This document shows, in pieces, positions 1-9,645 of a DNA stretch of 64,000 bases (position 1 is the stretch's first letter; every line of letters begins with the position of its first letter). The position numbers were made by a program, and so were the translations under genes. Under the pieces are notes generated by a model. That model searched no databases. It was not told the origin of the DNA and was given only the letters and a program-made list of their open reading frames with translations. The DNA is from Candidatus Anstonellales archaeon (GTDB lineage: Archaea > Micrarchaeota > Micrarchaeia > Anstonellales > J096). The stretch covers positions 64,001-128,000 of the forward strand of contig JAWACY010000002.1 of assembly GCA_038896535.1 (NCBI GenBank), given 5' to 3'.

Positions 1-94
1 ATCCGCCTTCTTTTTTTGCATTTGTCGCTAAATCTAAAAGCTTCCTCTTCAAATCATCGGGCAAATCAAATTTTATATATGGTTGCTTTGCCAT
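1..94 (-). CDS. rpl7ae: 50S ribosomal protein L7Ae (5' part; runs off the window edge)
   Basis: Hand translation from ATG at 94 gives MAKQPYIKFDLPDDLKRKLLDLATNAKKEGG, matching the archaeal L7Ae N-terminus. GAGGTG RBS upstream. Not in the ORF track. Confidence 0.85.
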   Translation of the reverse strand, partial: MAKQPYIKFDLPDDLKRKLLDLATNAKKEGG

Positions 95-161
95 TTTTCC
101 ACCTCATTCATTAAAATCATTTCATTGGTTATTATGCTATTTAATAGAAGGTTTTAAAATA

Positions 162-509
162 CTATGTAAATGTGCAAGTTGCTGAATCCCATGTTTTGCC
201 TATTAATACTCCTAATATATAAGGAACAATTATTATCAGCAAAATTCCTATAACAGCCCCTGAAAGCATGCTCTGACTCCACACAGTTGCTCTTGCTCTT
301 AATTCGGCTCCTAAAAATTGTCCTGCTGTATATGCTATGCTTGATAAAACAATCATAACGCTTGCTAATGTGCCTACAACATCAAACAAGAAAGTACAAA
401 AACCTTGTAAAGTTTGTTGAAGCTGGCTTTGGGCAATATAAATATTAATAAAAAAGAAAAAGAGAAAAAACAAATTTATTACTGCATTTAATCGCATCAT
501 ATCAGCCAT
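162..509 (-). CDS. Small membrane protein, VirB2/TrbC-like pilin candidate
   Basis: Signal-like N-terminus, then two hydrophobic helices split by a basic loop (AGQFLGAELRARATVWS). Paralogous to 523..876. Start uncertain (track uses TTG 539). Confidence 0.6.
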   Translation of the reverse strand: MADMMRLNAVINLFFLFFFFINIYIAQSQLQQTLQGFCTFLFDVVGTLASVMIVLSSIAYTAGQFLGAELRARATVWSQSMLSGAVIGILLIIIVPYILGVLIGKTWDSATCTFT

Positions 510-522
510 ATAAAAAAAGATT

Positions 523-876
523 TCAACAAGCAGTTTCAATGTTTATTTCCGGCACAAGCTGTTTGAATATAAATGGGGTTATAACATAAATTATTATGCC
601 TATTGCTGCAAAAATCACTATGTTCAATGCCCAGCTCTTTGCTCTTGCTCCAAATTCTTGGCCAAGCACATGCCCTGCTCCATATATTACTGCTGCTAAT
701 ACAATAGCAAGTATTATCAATGGGGCTAAAACGCTTTTTAGCAAATCTACTAATGCACATAATGCACTTTTTATTCTTTCTCCAGCCTCTTCTCCTGTAA
801 CTTGGGCAAATAACAAATAGGAGAAAACTGCTAAGCAAAGAAAAACTGCTATTCCCTTCCTTAACATTCCTAGCAT
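523..876 (-). CDS. Small membrane protein, VirB2/TrbC-like pilin candidate
   Basis: Same architecture as the neighbour (AGHVLGQEFGARAKSWA loop). GGTGA RBS precedes ATG 876. Confidence 0.6.
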   Translation of the reverse strand: MLGMLRKGIAVFLCLAVFSYLLFAQVTGEEAGERIKSALCALVDLLKSVLAPLIILAIVLAAVIYGAGHVLGQEFGARAKSWALNIVIFAAIGIIIYVITPFIFKQLVPEINIETAC

Positions 877-920
877 TAAATCACCAAAAAACATTTATCA
901 ATAATATTTAAAAATATTAA

Positions 921-1640
921 CTAATTTAACTCAGCATCAGCACAAGAGTTTAAAAAATGCTTAAAATAAATATCTGTTTCTGCAATTGATATGATTAAAT
1001 TAGCAAGCAAACTATAATATTTATCTACATTTTTATTCTCCATCATATCATATATTACTGCATGTGATAAAAAGATATTTTTCATTTTTCCATTCCAAGT
1101 TAATACTTTATAAACCAACTCTGCTTTTTTTCTTTCTTCTGTGCTAAAATTGGAGATAAAGGCAAAAGCCCTTCTTTTATCATTAATGTATCTAAGCCAG
1201 TTAGATGCAAAATTTTCATCTTCCATTTCTTTTTTTATTGCATATAAATCAAATGCTTTTGTACTGCCACATATGGCATAAAAAGAAATGCCTTCAGTAA
1301 TTACTAACAATAATGTCTTTAATAAGCCAATAAAAATACTTTCATTGTTGCTAAAGCCTAACTTAATGAATTCAATGCCTTGGGGTGTTAATGAAAATAA
1401 AATATTTGAAAGGCAAGCAATCTTTGTGCATGCAGTGATTTTTTCAATCTCAAGCGAGATGAATAATTCCTTCAACTCTCTCTTTTTATTTTCTGATAGA
1501 TTTTTATAAGCAACATTTGTGAATTTCCTATTAATTAAAACCATTCTTTTTATAATTTTTCTTTTTTCCATATAATTTTTTAATCTCCTGAATTTTTCTG
1601 CCATATAGAATTTAATGCCCATTTTATCATAGCACTCCAT
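921..1640 (-). CDS. Hypothetical protein, probably membrane-associated
   Basis: 239-aa ORF with central hydrophobic segments. Overlaps the upstream ORF. No family recognised. Confidence 0.6.
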   Translation of the reverse strand: MECYDKMGIKFYMAEKFRRLKNYMEKRKIIKRMVLINRKFTNVAYKNLSENKKRELKELFISLEIEKITACTKIACLSNILFSLTPQGIEFIKLGFSNNESIFIGLLKTLLLVITEGISFYAICGSTKAFDLYAIKKEMEDENFASNWLRYINDKRRAFAFISNFSTEERKKAELVYKVLTWNGKMKNIFLSHAVIYDMMENKNVDKYYSLLANLIISIAETDIYFKHFLNSCADAELN

Positions 1641-1845
1641 TATAATTTTCTATCACTTCTTCAAACTCATTTAACCTGCCAGTTCTCAAAATTTTCTTCA
1701 TTATCAATTCTGCGAGTAGATAATCACTAAATTTTCCTGTTTTTGTGATCATATTATAGAGCATTTCAATTTTTTCTATTTCTGCCCCTCTATCTTTAAA
1801 CTTGTTCGGACTTTTAAAATCTAGCAGAATGCTTGCTTTTCTCAT
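1627..1845 (-). CDS. Hypothetical protein
   Basis: 72-aa ORF coupled by ATGA overlap to 1842..2261. Confidence 0.5.
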   Translation of the reverse strand: MRKASILLDFKSPNKFKDRGAEIEKIEMLYNMITKTGKFSDYLLAELIMKKILRTGRLNEFEEVIENYNGVL

Positions 1846-2261
1846 CTCATAAGTTTTAAAATATAAATATCATCAAAAATACGATCTAAAAATTTTGCAT
1901 TGCGTAAAATCACATAAATGCCGGAGGCAAACAAAAAAGGCAATGCTAGCATGCTAAAAAAGCAAGCATTACTTTCAAAGCACATGCTATTTGCTGGTTT
2001 TAGCAATTTTTTAATAAATGGAAAAAATAATGTATATTCAAAAAAAGAGATATTTAACAGGAGAGAGAATTTTTTTAATTCATGGGATGCTATTCTAATC
2101 CTGTATTCCCTTATATCATCTTTTGAAAGATGGCTTAATAAAACTCTTCTGAATACTTTTCTTTTTTCCATCCTATGCTTATGATCCATATTATTATGAT
2201 CTTCATTTACATATAATCTAAATTTCCCGACATTTCTGACAGCAGATCTATGCCATAGCAT
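1842..2261 (-). CDS. Hypothetical membrane protein
   Basis: 139-aa ORF with basic N-terminus and two hydrophobic segments. TTTAAA box about 25 nt upstream. Confidence 0.55.
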   Translation of the reverse strand: MLWHRSAVRNVGKFRLYVNEDHNNMDHKHRMEKRKVFRRVLLSHLSKDDIREYRIRIASHELKKFSLLLNISFFEYTLFFPFIKKLLKPANSMCFESNACFFSMLALPFLFASGIYVILRNAKFLDRIFDDIYILKLMR

Positions 2262-2363
2262 ATTAAAATAATGTTCAGTAAAATTTAAAAAGCATCATTT
2301 AACTTTTCTTTTAACAATTAATTTAATTTACTCCTTTATTTTCTATTATTTTCTTTTTATCTT

Positions 2364-3065
2364 CTATTTTTTCCTTTTCTGTACTTTTATTTCCCTCACT
2401 TCATTTTCGCTGCTTTTTTCATTATCCTGCTTATCCTGTTTTGCTTGTTTAAAAAATCTTCCGCCATCTTTTGTTATTACAAAAATGTCTATCCCATCTC
2501 CACTTGCACTATCTCTATTCATCGCTGCATTAACTGCTTTTACTCCTATATTTATTGCCTCATCTACTTTTATCCCATCTTTATATAAAGAATCCAGCAC
2601 ACCAAAGGCTATAAGGCTTCCAGAACCAGAGCTTGCTATCCTTTCTTCTGTGACCCCCCCTATTAAATCTATGCTGTATAAATATGGTTTATTTTCTTCA
2701 TAATCATAACCAGCAAGCAAATTCATGACCCAAAAAGGATAATATCTATAACTAGATAAAATATTTGCTAACAATACTGCTGCTGATTTTGGACTCATTG
2801 GTTTTTCTTGCTCTCTCTCATATCTTTGCACTTCTATTGATAGCCATCTCCCTATAAGCTGGTTATCTCCAACTGCTCCTGAAAGTGTTATTGCTAAATG
2901 CTTTGCAAATGGTATGATTTTTGTTATTTCCTTGCTTAAAATATAATTTGACATTGTAACCCTTTTATCAGCAAGTAAAACAACGCCATCAGATGCTTTT
3001 ATGCCAACTGTTGTTGTGCCTGTTGTAAACTTTCTTAAATCCTTTTCATTTTCTATGCTTTGCAT
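2364..3065 (-). CDS. psmB: Proteasome subunit beta
   Basis: Propeptide then G|TTTVGI catalytic Thr site, DKRVT, SGAVGD, SGSGS, RDSASGDGIDI. GGTGG RBS before ATG 3065. Confidence 0.97.
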   Translation of the reverse strand: MQSIENEKDLRKFTTGTTTVGIKASDGVVLLADKRVTMSNYILSKEITKIIPFAKHLAITLSGAVGDNQLIGRWLSIEVQRYEREQEKPMSPKSAAVLLANILSSYRYYPFWVMNLLAGYDYEENKPYLYSIDLIGGVTEERIASSGSGSLIAFGVLDSLYKDGIKVDEAINIGVKAVNAAMNRDSASGDGIDIFVITKDGGRFFKQAKQDKQDNEKSSENEVREIKVQKRKK

Positions 3066-3121
3066 TTTACCACCAAAACAATATGATAGCAAAATATTTA
3101 AAATCTTTTTATAAAACATCT

Positions 3122-3164
3122 TTTTATAGGATTAAATGAAATCTTTTATAGGATTACATGAAAT
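3122..3164. repeat. Tandem 21-bp direct repeat (period 22)
   Basis: TTTTATAGGATTAAATGAAAT (3122-3142) and TTTTATAGGATTACATGAAAT (3144-3164), one mismatch. Confidence 0.8.
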
Positions 3165-3593
3165 TGCTGATCATGCTGTCTATATAATGTTTTGCCTTTT
3201 CAATGACTCTCTTGCTGTTCTTATATGTTAATCTTTTTCTTGCTTGCTCATAATCAAGCCATTCATAGCCTATATGCTCATTAGATAATTTAACATCTTC
3301 CTCATCAACAAAGCATAAAAAAACAAGACCTCCTTATAAATAGTTTCATTATCCATATAACGTGCTTTAAAATAGTATTTTATTTTTTGTTTAAATCCAT
3401 CTATTACATTAACTTTTTTAATCCCTGTTTCTTCTTCAAGCTCTCTTAAAGCAGCTTGCTCAGGGCTTTCATCTTTCTCTATATGCCCCTTTGGAAAGTC
3501 CCAATGCCCCTCTTCATAATGTAAAATTAAGAACTTCTTATTATTTGGATTATATACTACAAAACCAGCAGATTTTTCTTTTCTCATACCCAT
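3154..3593 (-). pseudogene. Nudix hydrolase (Ap4A hydrolase/NUDT2-like), split by a frameshift at a T7 run
   Basis: Nudix box GHIEKDESPEQAALRELEEETG. The family-typical C-terminus (FLCFVDEEDVKLSNEHIGYEWLDYEQARKRLTY) continues in the -1 frame after the run at 3317-3323, to a stop at 3154. May be a sequencing error. Confidence 0.75.
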
Positions 3594-3612
3594 TCATTTT
3601 ATTTCTTTCCAT

Positions 3613-3765
3613 TTATTTCTTTGCCTTTAGCCTTTTGTTCTTTTGCCTCATATATCTTGATCCACATTTTCTGCATCTCTTTGCATTTTTGCTATTCCTA
3701 GTTTTGCATCTTAAACATATTAATGTATCATTTATCAGTTTTTCTGCTTCCGGGAATTTTGCCAT
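3613..3765 (-). CDS. rpl40e: 50S ribosomal protein L40e
   Basis: MAKFPEAEK...ICLRCKTRN...CRKCGSRYMRQK Zn ribbon. GGTGG RBS before ATG 3765. Confidence 0.95.
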   Translation of the reverse strand: MAKFPEAEKLINDTLICLRCKTRNSKNAKRCRKCGSRYMRQKNKRLKAKK

Positions 3766-3796
3766 CTTACCACCACATAAATATTTATACAAAGTA

Positions 3797-5308
3797 TTAA
3801 AAAACAACCCTCTTTATCATAGCCCTTCCATCTGATGTTGCATTTATGCCAAGCTTTAACAAAATGCTTTCCTCCTCATTTGATAACATATGCGTTGTAT
3901 GCATTTCTGCCCCATTTAAATTATTTAGCATAGCCATCATTTTCTTTGCTTTTTTATTTTTCTCAGAGCTTATTGATAATAATATAAGCATTTCTTTTAT
4001 TGTCAAATGTGGGTCTTTATCTTTATATACAATGCTCCTTAGCTCCTTTACCCTTTCTATTGCATTCTGCCATAAAACATGCTCTTCTTCTTTTATATTC
4101 GCTATGTATTTAAGTGCTTTTATTAGAACAGATGCTTCTGCATGCATATTTTTTCCATCCTTTGCTGATATTATTTTGCCATTTATGTATAAAGCACAGC
4201 CAACATGGCTGCCTTTTGCTATTTTCCTGGCTTCATAAACTATCGGCCTTTCCTTTTTTATTGAGAGCTTATGCTTATTTATTATTTCCTTTGCTCTCTT
4301 ATATGCTTCATAACTCGAACTACCTTTCAGAAAATCGACATAATACCTAAATGCCCTTCTTATAATTTCTTGTTTTGCTGCTTTTTCACAAAGCCTTATA
4401 TCAGTTATGGCATCTTTAATTGTATTTATCCCCATATCTGTTGGTGATTTATAATTATGCATGAAATTATCTTTACTTATCAATCTTTTTATCAATATTT
4501 TAAGAAGCCCAAATGTTTCAACATCCCTATTGTAGTTAACTGCTTTTATGCCATAAGCCTTTAAATGGTAGGGGTCTATTACATTATAATCCCCTATGTC
4601 AGCTGTTGCTGCTTCATATGCTATGTTTATTGGACTGTTTATGCTTATATTCCATACAGGAAATGTCTCAAATTTCGCATAGCCAGAATCAATGCCTTTT
4701 AAGTAATCTTGGTATATCATTGCAAGGCATGTTGCCATCTTCCCAGAATTTGGGCCAGCTCCAGTAACAATAACTATGTCTGCATTTGTTTTTATGAAAG
4801 GCTTTTTTGCAAATCCCTTTTCTGATGTTATTGCCTTTATATTTTTTGGGTAACCATCTATATAATTCATAAAATAAACATTCATGCCCTTTTCCTTCAT
4901 AAGCTGTGAAAATGCAATTGCCTTTTTTTGCTTGTTGAAAAAGTTTATTACGCACGTATTTATTTTAAATCCAAGATTCCTTATTTCAGATATCATTTTT
5001 AATGTAAAGTCATTATAAGTCATGTTAAGGCTTCCGAGCTTTTCTTCTTTCTCTATATAATCAGCATTAACGCACAAAAGAAACTCTATATTTTTCAATT
5101 TTGCTAATTTTTTCACGGTTTTCATTTTTGCATTTATCTCATAACCTGGCAAGACTCTTGCTGCATGATAATCATACATCAGCTTGCCTCCAAATTCTAA
5201 ATAGAGCTTCTTAAATCTTGATGCTCTTTTTATAATTTCGCTTGATTGTAAATTAGTATAATAGTTGCAATCAAAACCTATTTTGCCATCATATCTTAAT
5301 ATGGTCAT
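3797..5308 (-). CDS. DUF1846 (UPF0371) family protein
   Basis: LYLEFGGKLxxDYHAARVLPG, GPNSGKMATCL, GYAKFETFPVWN, AYEAATAD, NYNRDVETF, YKSPTDMGIN motifs. Confidence 0.9.
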   Translation of the reverse strand: MTILRYDGKIGFDCNYYTNLQSSEIIKRASRFKKLYLEFGGKLMYDYHAARVLPGYEINAKMKTVKKLAKLKNIEFLLCVNADYIEKEEKLGSLNMTYNDFTLKMISEIRNLGFKINTCVINFFNKQKKAIAFSQLMKEKGMNVYFMNYIDGYPKNIKAITSEKGFAKKPFIKTNADIVIVTGAGPNSGKMATCLAMIYQDYLKGIDSGYAKFETFPVWNISINSPINIAYEAATADIGDYNVIDPYHLKAYGIKAVNYNRDVETFGLLKILIKRLISKDNFMHNYKSPTDMGINTIKDAITDIRLCEKAAKQEIIRRAFRYYVDFLKGSSSYEAYKRAKEIINKHKLSIKKERPIVYEARKIAKGSHVGCALYINGKIISAKDGKNMHAEASVLIKALKYIANIKEEEHVLWQNAIERVKELRSIVYKDKDPHLTIKEMLILLSISSEKNKKAKKMMAMLNNLNGAEMHTTHMLSNEEESILLKLGINATSDGRAMIKRVVF

Positions 5309-5358
5309 AAATGCATATTAACATAGCAATATAAAAATATTTTGCAAGTAATTAGAGC

Positions 5359-5823
5359 ATGAATGTAATTGGGAAAATAAAGAAGAGAAAAGATGCTAGC
5401 TATGTTATCAATAGCTCTGGCGATATAATAGAGGAGAGGGTAATAGTAAAAATTGTTGGGAAAATAAAAAGAAAAGAAGGAAAAGAATATGTAATTCAAA
5501 AAAATGGAGATATAGTTGAAAAAGATGTAATGAATTTAACGTTTGATGAATATAATAAGCTAAAAGCTTCTGGAAAGCTTGCTGAAGAGATAAAAAAAGG
5601 AAAAATAATAAAAATTGTTTATGAAGATTTGCCTATCTCAGCATTGCAAAAGATTGAGGAGCATTATATTAAAGAGCAGATATTGGGAGCAACAATATTG
5701 GGGACTGAAATTATAAATAATAGTGATGGAACAAGAGAGATGAGGATAAAATTGGACAATAAGAAAACAATAGTATTAAGAGAGGGCCTGCTTGTGCAAG
5801 GCAGTGTTATTGAAATAGAATAA
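5359..5823 (+). CDS. Hypothetical protein with a duplicated ~30-aa N-terminal repeat
   Basis: VIGKIKKRKDASYVINSSGDIIEE and IVGKIKRKEGKEYVIQKNGDIVEK repeats. Confidence 0.7.
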   Translation: MNVIGKIKKRKDASYVINSSGDIIEERVIVKIVGKIKRKEGKEYVIQKNGDIVEKDVMNLTFDEYNKLKASGKLAEEIKKGKIIKIVYEDLPISALQKIEEHYIKEQILGATILGTEIINNSDGTREMRIKLDNKKTIVLREGLLVQGSVIEIE

Positions 5824-5859
5824 GGCTATTTTTATTGTTTTATTTAATGTTGTGATAAC

Positions 5860-6318
5860 ATGTTTATGAAAAAATATTTCATATTAACATTGCTTGCATT
5901 ATTAGCGTATTTCCTTGTTGGCTGCATAAATGGCATAAACGGGAATGTTAATGATATAAACAATAGCAAAAATAATAGCAAAGTAGAAAATGTATTTAAT
6001 AAAACATTATTAAAAACGACAGAAGAAAATGAATACAAAATCTTAATATATTTGAAAGGTGAAAATCTTTCTATATATGTCTCAACTGAAAAGCCAACAC
6101 TTGGTTATAGCTTAAAGATAGATAATTACAATATATCAGATAATTCAATAATCCTTCATTTAACAATAAAAAAACCTGGACAAAGCTGCTTTGTTGGGCA
6201 GGCAATAACAGAAATAAAAGATAGCATAAATATAAAAATGCCAAAACCAATATCAGAATCTGAATTTAATAACTTAGAAATAATAATAAATGATAATACA
6301 TATGTATATGAGTGTTAA
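5860..6318 (+). CDS. Putative lipoprotein with PrcB C-terminal-like domain
   Basis: Signal peptide with LVGC lipobox. EKPTLGYSLKI...PGQSCFVGQAIT resembles the PrcB_C motif. Confidence 0.65.
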   Translation: MFMKKYFILTLLALLAYFLVGCINGINGNVNDINNSKNNSKVENVFNKTLLKTTEENEYKILIYLKGENLSIYVSTEKPTLGYSLKIDNYNISDNSIILHLTIKKPGQSCFVGQAITEIKDSINIKMPKPISESEFNNLEIIINDNTYVYEC

Positions 6319-7565
6319 TCCTTTTTCCCTGCCCCTTTTTTCTCTGTTCTCATTTTCTCTATAGCACTTTTTATATCATCCTTTTTTGGTTTTATTGAGC
6401 CACTCTCTATTAATTTATATATCTTTTCTATTTCATCACTGCTTGCCCCTAAAGATAATGCAATTGTTCTTGCATGCAGTTTCATATGCCCCTTTTGAAT
6501 TCCAGATGTAGCTAAAGCAAGCGTTGCTGCAAAATTGTTTGCAATTCCAACACAAGCAATGATCATAGCCAATTCATTAGCGCTTTTTGGTTTTGTTATT
6601 TCCATAGATGCTTTTGAATGATTTAATATATTTACCAAGCCCCCTTTTATGCCGACAGCAATTGGAATTTCAGCATTGGCCTTTATTCCTTTTTCATGCT
6701 CAACAAAATCAACTAATGGAAGCATGTTTTTTATGCTATAACTATGCAAGCATGCTTCCAATGCTCTGAAGTCTTGGCCAAAAGCAATTGCTACAGCATC
6801 AGCGCCATTCATAAATCCTTTATTATTTGTTACAAGCCTGAATATGTCATGCTTTGCTAGCTCAAATGCATCAAGAAATGCCTGCTTTTCTTCCTCATTT
6901 AAATTAAATACTGCATTGGCCTTTATTTTTCTATAAATTGCATAATTACTCAATATCCTCAATATAGCCTTTCCATTTGCTGTTTTTTCTAGTTCAGGGG
7001 CAAGTGCTTCTGCTGTGCTGTTTATTATATTTGCCCCCATTGCATCAGCAGTATTTACAAGAAATTTAAAAATAACAAATTCTCCTCTGCTGCATATAAG
7101 TTTTTCTGTAAAAAAACCCTCCCAATGGCCACCATATTTTTCAAGCTCTTTTGTTAATTCTCTGCCCATCTCATTTATTTCTCTTTTATGCTCGTTTATT
7201 TTCTCAATGCTTTTATCTGCATTTTCAACTTTTAATTGTATCATTCCAACCATATCATTGCCAAGTGCTTCTGCTGAGAAACCGTTTGGCAAAGCCAATT
7301 TGCATGCCTTATTTGCTGCTGCTATAACAGATGGCTCTTCTATAGCCATTGGAATAACATAATCATTCCCATTCATCCTCAAATTAGTCAATAGGCCTAA
7401 TGGCAAGCTTGCTATGCCAACAGCATTCTCTACTATTTTATCTGCTTGCTCTATTGATATTGGATTGGTAATATTATTTAATACATCAATGCCATACAAT
7501 GCTTTTATTATTTCATGCCTTTCTTTTATGCTTTTTTTATAAAACTTATCAAATTTTTCCATCAT
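6315..7565 (-). CDS. mvaA: HMG-CoA reductase, class II (MvaA-type)
   Basis: ENAVG, PMAIEEPSVIAA, DAMGAN, RILSNY, TNNKGFMNG, GQDFRALEA and GIQKGHMKLH class II motifs. Confidence 0.95.
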   Translation of the reverse strand: MMEKFDKFYKKSIKERHEIIKALYGIDVLNNITNPISIEQADKIVENAVGIASLPLGLLTNLRMNGNDYVIPMAIEEPSVIAAANKACKLALPNGFSAEALGNDMVGMIQLKVENADKSIEKINEHKREINEMGRELTKELEKYGGHWEGFFTEKLICSRGEFVIFKFLVNTADAMGANIINSTAEALAPELEKTANGKAILRILSNYAIYRKIKANAVFNLNEEEKQAFLDAFELAKHDIFRLVTNNKGFMNGADAVAIAFGQDFRALEACLHSYSIKNMLPLVDFVEHEKGIKANAEIPIAVGIKGGLVNILNHSKASMEITKPKSANELAMIIACVGIANNFAATLALATSGIQKGHMKLHARTIALSLGASSDEIEKIYKLIESGSIKPKKDDIKSAIEKMRTEKKGAGKKD

Positions 7566-7598
7566 AATAAAACCTTTTTATGTTTTTATATACCTTGT

Positions 7599-8069
7599 TT
7601 AATGTTTAATGCCAACTTGCAAACTGTTTATTGGCTCTTCCATTGAATGCATTATGATATCAAACCGCTCTTTGTAAATTCTTGATAATATATTGTATAA
7701 ATTCTTTTCAACGCCGTCGCCCATAATGTAAGCATTATTTATCTTTTTCACTATTCCTTTTTCTTTCAGCCTTTTTACATGATAATAGATAGTTTTTATA
7801 CTCATATTATGTATTTTATCCGCCCTTTGTTTTATATCAGATATTGTTAATGGAATGCCTGCATTAAGGCCTTGTATAAGGGCATATAAAACAGCAACCA
7901 TGCCTAATCTGCTCTCGCCTTCATTGATAAGGCCCAAACAAAGTGCAAGCCATTCTAACTTTTTTTCTTCATTTACTCTGTAATCCATATTGAATGGTAT
8001 TTTTTTCAATATAAGCTCCATATCAGCCCTTTGATTAATGCCTTTTTTAATGCCTGCCATTAAATGCAT
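7599..8069 (-). CDS. Winged helix-turn-helix protein, putative regulator
   Basis: LTISDIK...SIKTIYYHVKRLKEKGIVKKINNAY wHTH pattern. Confidence 0.7.
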   Translation of the reverse strand: MHLMAGIKKGINQRADMELILKKIPFNMDYRVNEEKKLEWLALCLGLINEGESRLGMVAVLYALIQGLNAGIPLTISDIKQRADKIHNMSIKTIYYHVKRLKEKGIVKKINNAYIMGDGVEKNLYNILSRIYKERFDIIMHSMEEPINSLQVGIKH

Positions 8070-8109
8070 ATGGCATTATTTTTTTAAAGAATGCCTAATA
8101 AATGCTTTT

Positions 8110-9255
8110 ATGGATAGCAAAGATTTATCTGCAAGAGTTTTGAAGACTGCAGGGCATAATATGATATTAAACAATTACTATGATGATGCTATAATGTTCT
8201 ATAAAGAAAGCAAAAACATAAAAGATGATGCTGAAACAATATATTATTTGGGCATTGCTTATTACAAAACAGGAAAGATAAAAGGCAGCAAAATATATAT
8301 AAGAAAAGCAATGCAAATGTTTCAGACATTAAAACAATCTAAGATATTGGAGGATGAAGCAAACTATTATCTTATGCTTATATATTCAGATTTGAGGAAC
8401 ACAAAGGAATTAAAAGAAACGCTAGAATTACTTAAAGGCCTTGACCTATTTGAAAACCAAGCATATGTTGCTGGAAATCAAACATTTATTGTTGCTAAAG
8501 AAAAAAGAAAATTTGAATATGATCAAAGCATAGATAAAGAAATAGTAGATGACCCAGTATTAATAGAGATATACAATTTTATTTATCCTTATGTAAAAGA
8601 GCTTTATAATTTAAGTGATGAAGATACAAAAAAAATTGTCAGTAGGAGGATTATCAATACAAATAAAGAAGTTTTAAAATATTTTGGCAAGATGCAGATA
8701 GTGCCATTATCAATAGGAATAATAATAGGCATTATAAGAGATAAAAAAACGGCATTGAGGTTTCTTGAAATAACAAAAAGAACTGGTATGATAAGAAGGG
8801 AATTTATAGAAAGTCTGCCAGTCTTTACAAGATATGTTGTAAAGGAATTTCTTAAAAAGATGGGATTAACATTTGAAAAAGAGCATTTGGCCATGCCTTA
8901 TGTTGCTGAAAAGAAGATTGAAATATTAAAAAGTGCAATAGATACATTAAAAACATTCGAGCAAAAAAAAGACAAAGAGAAAATTAAGAAAGCACTTATC
9001 TCGCTCTCTGTTTATGATGAATATAATGACTTAAAGCCTATATTGGATGATATAAATAAAGCTATGCCAATATCTGGCTTCATGTTAAAAAAATCATTCT
9101 CTTCTTTCATCATAAATCAGTTGAGGGACTTAAAAAGGGCGCTTGCAGCATTTTATTCAGAAGACCAAGCAGGCCTTATATTAAAAGTCATTGTATCTGA
9201 CTTAGATTTAGAAGAAAAGGATAAAATAGATATATTATTTTTATTGGGTATTTGA
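8110..9255 (+). CDS. Tetratricopeptide-repeat protein
   Basis: N-terminal TPR-like helices (YDDAIMFYKES, AETIYYLGIAYYKTG). Start refined to ATG 8110 to avoid overlap with the divergent gene. Confidence 0.7.
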   Translation: MDSKDLSARVLKTAGHNMILNNYYDDAIMFYKESKNIKDDAETIYYLGIAYYKTGKIKGSKIYIRKAMQMFQTLKQSKILEDEANYYLMLIYSDLRNTKELKETLELLKGLDLFENQAYVAGNQTFIVAKEKRKFEYDQSIDKEIVDDPVLIEIYNFIYPYVKELYNLSDEDTKKIVSRRIINTNKEVLKYFGKMQIVPLSIGIIIGIIRDKKTALRFLEITKRTGMIRREFIESLPVFTRYVVKEFLKKMGLTFEKEHLAMPYVAEKKIEILKSAIDTLKTFEQKKDKEKIKKALISLSVYDEYNDLKPILDDINKAMPISGFMLKKSFSSFIINQLRDLKRALAAFYSEDQAGLILKVIVSDLDLEEKDKIDILFLLGI

Positions 9256-9295
9256 TAGATATAAAAATATAAAGATTTTGCTAACAAAATAATTC

Positions 9296-9637
9296 ATGCA
9301 GAAAAATGATAATGAGCAGATTGATGATGAATTAAATAGAATAAAGCAGGTCATAATAAAAAAGCTTGAAGAAGTTAACGACCCAGAGTTCGGCGTTGAT
9401 ATAGTGAATCTTGGGCTCATATATGAGATTAAAATAAACAAAGATGAAAAAAAGGCATACATAAAAATGACAATGACTACACCAACATGTCCTTTTGCTG
9501 CACTCATATTGAGAGAAGTGCAGGAAAAGCTAAGCAAAATAGATGAGCTTGATGAAATACATGTTGAGCTTGTTTGGGACCCACCTTGGAGCGCAGACAT
9601 GATGTCTGAAGAGGCAAAATTAATGCTTGGTATTTGA
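9296..9637 (+). CDS. Metal-sulfur cluster assembly factor (DUF59/SufT/MIP18 family)
   Basis: DPEFGVDIVNLGLIYEI, MTMTTPTCP, VWDPPWSADMMSEEAK. Confidence 0.93.
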   Translation: MQKNDNEQIDDELNRIKQVIIKKLEEVNDPEFGVDIVNLGLIYEIKINKDEKKAYIKMTMTTPTCPFAALILREVQEKLSKIDELDEIHVELVWDPPWSADMMSEEAKLMLGI

Positions 9638-9645
9638 GGGATAAA

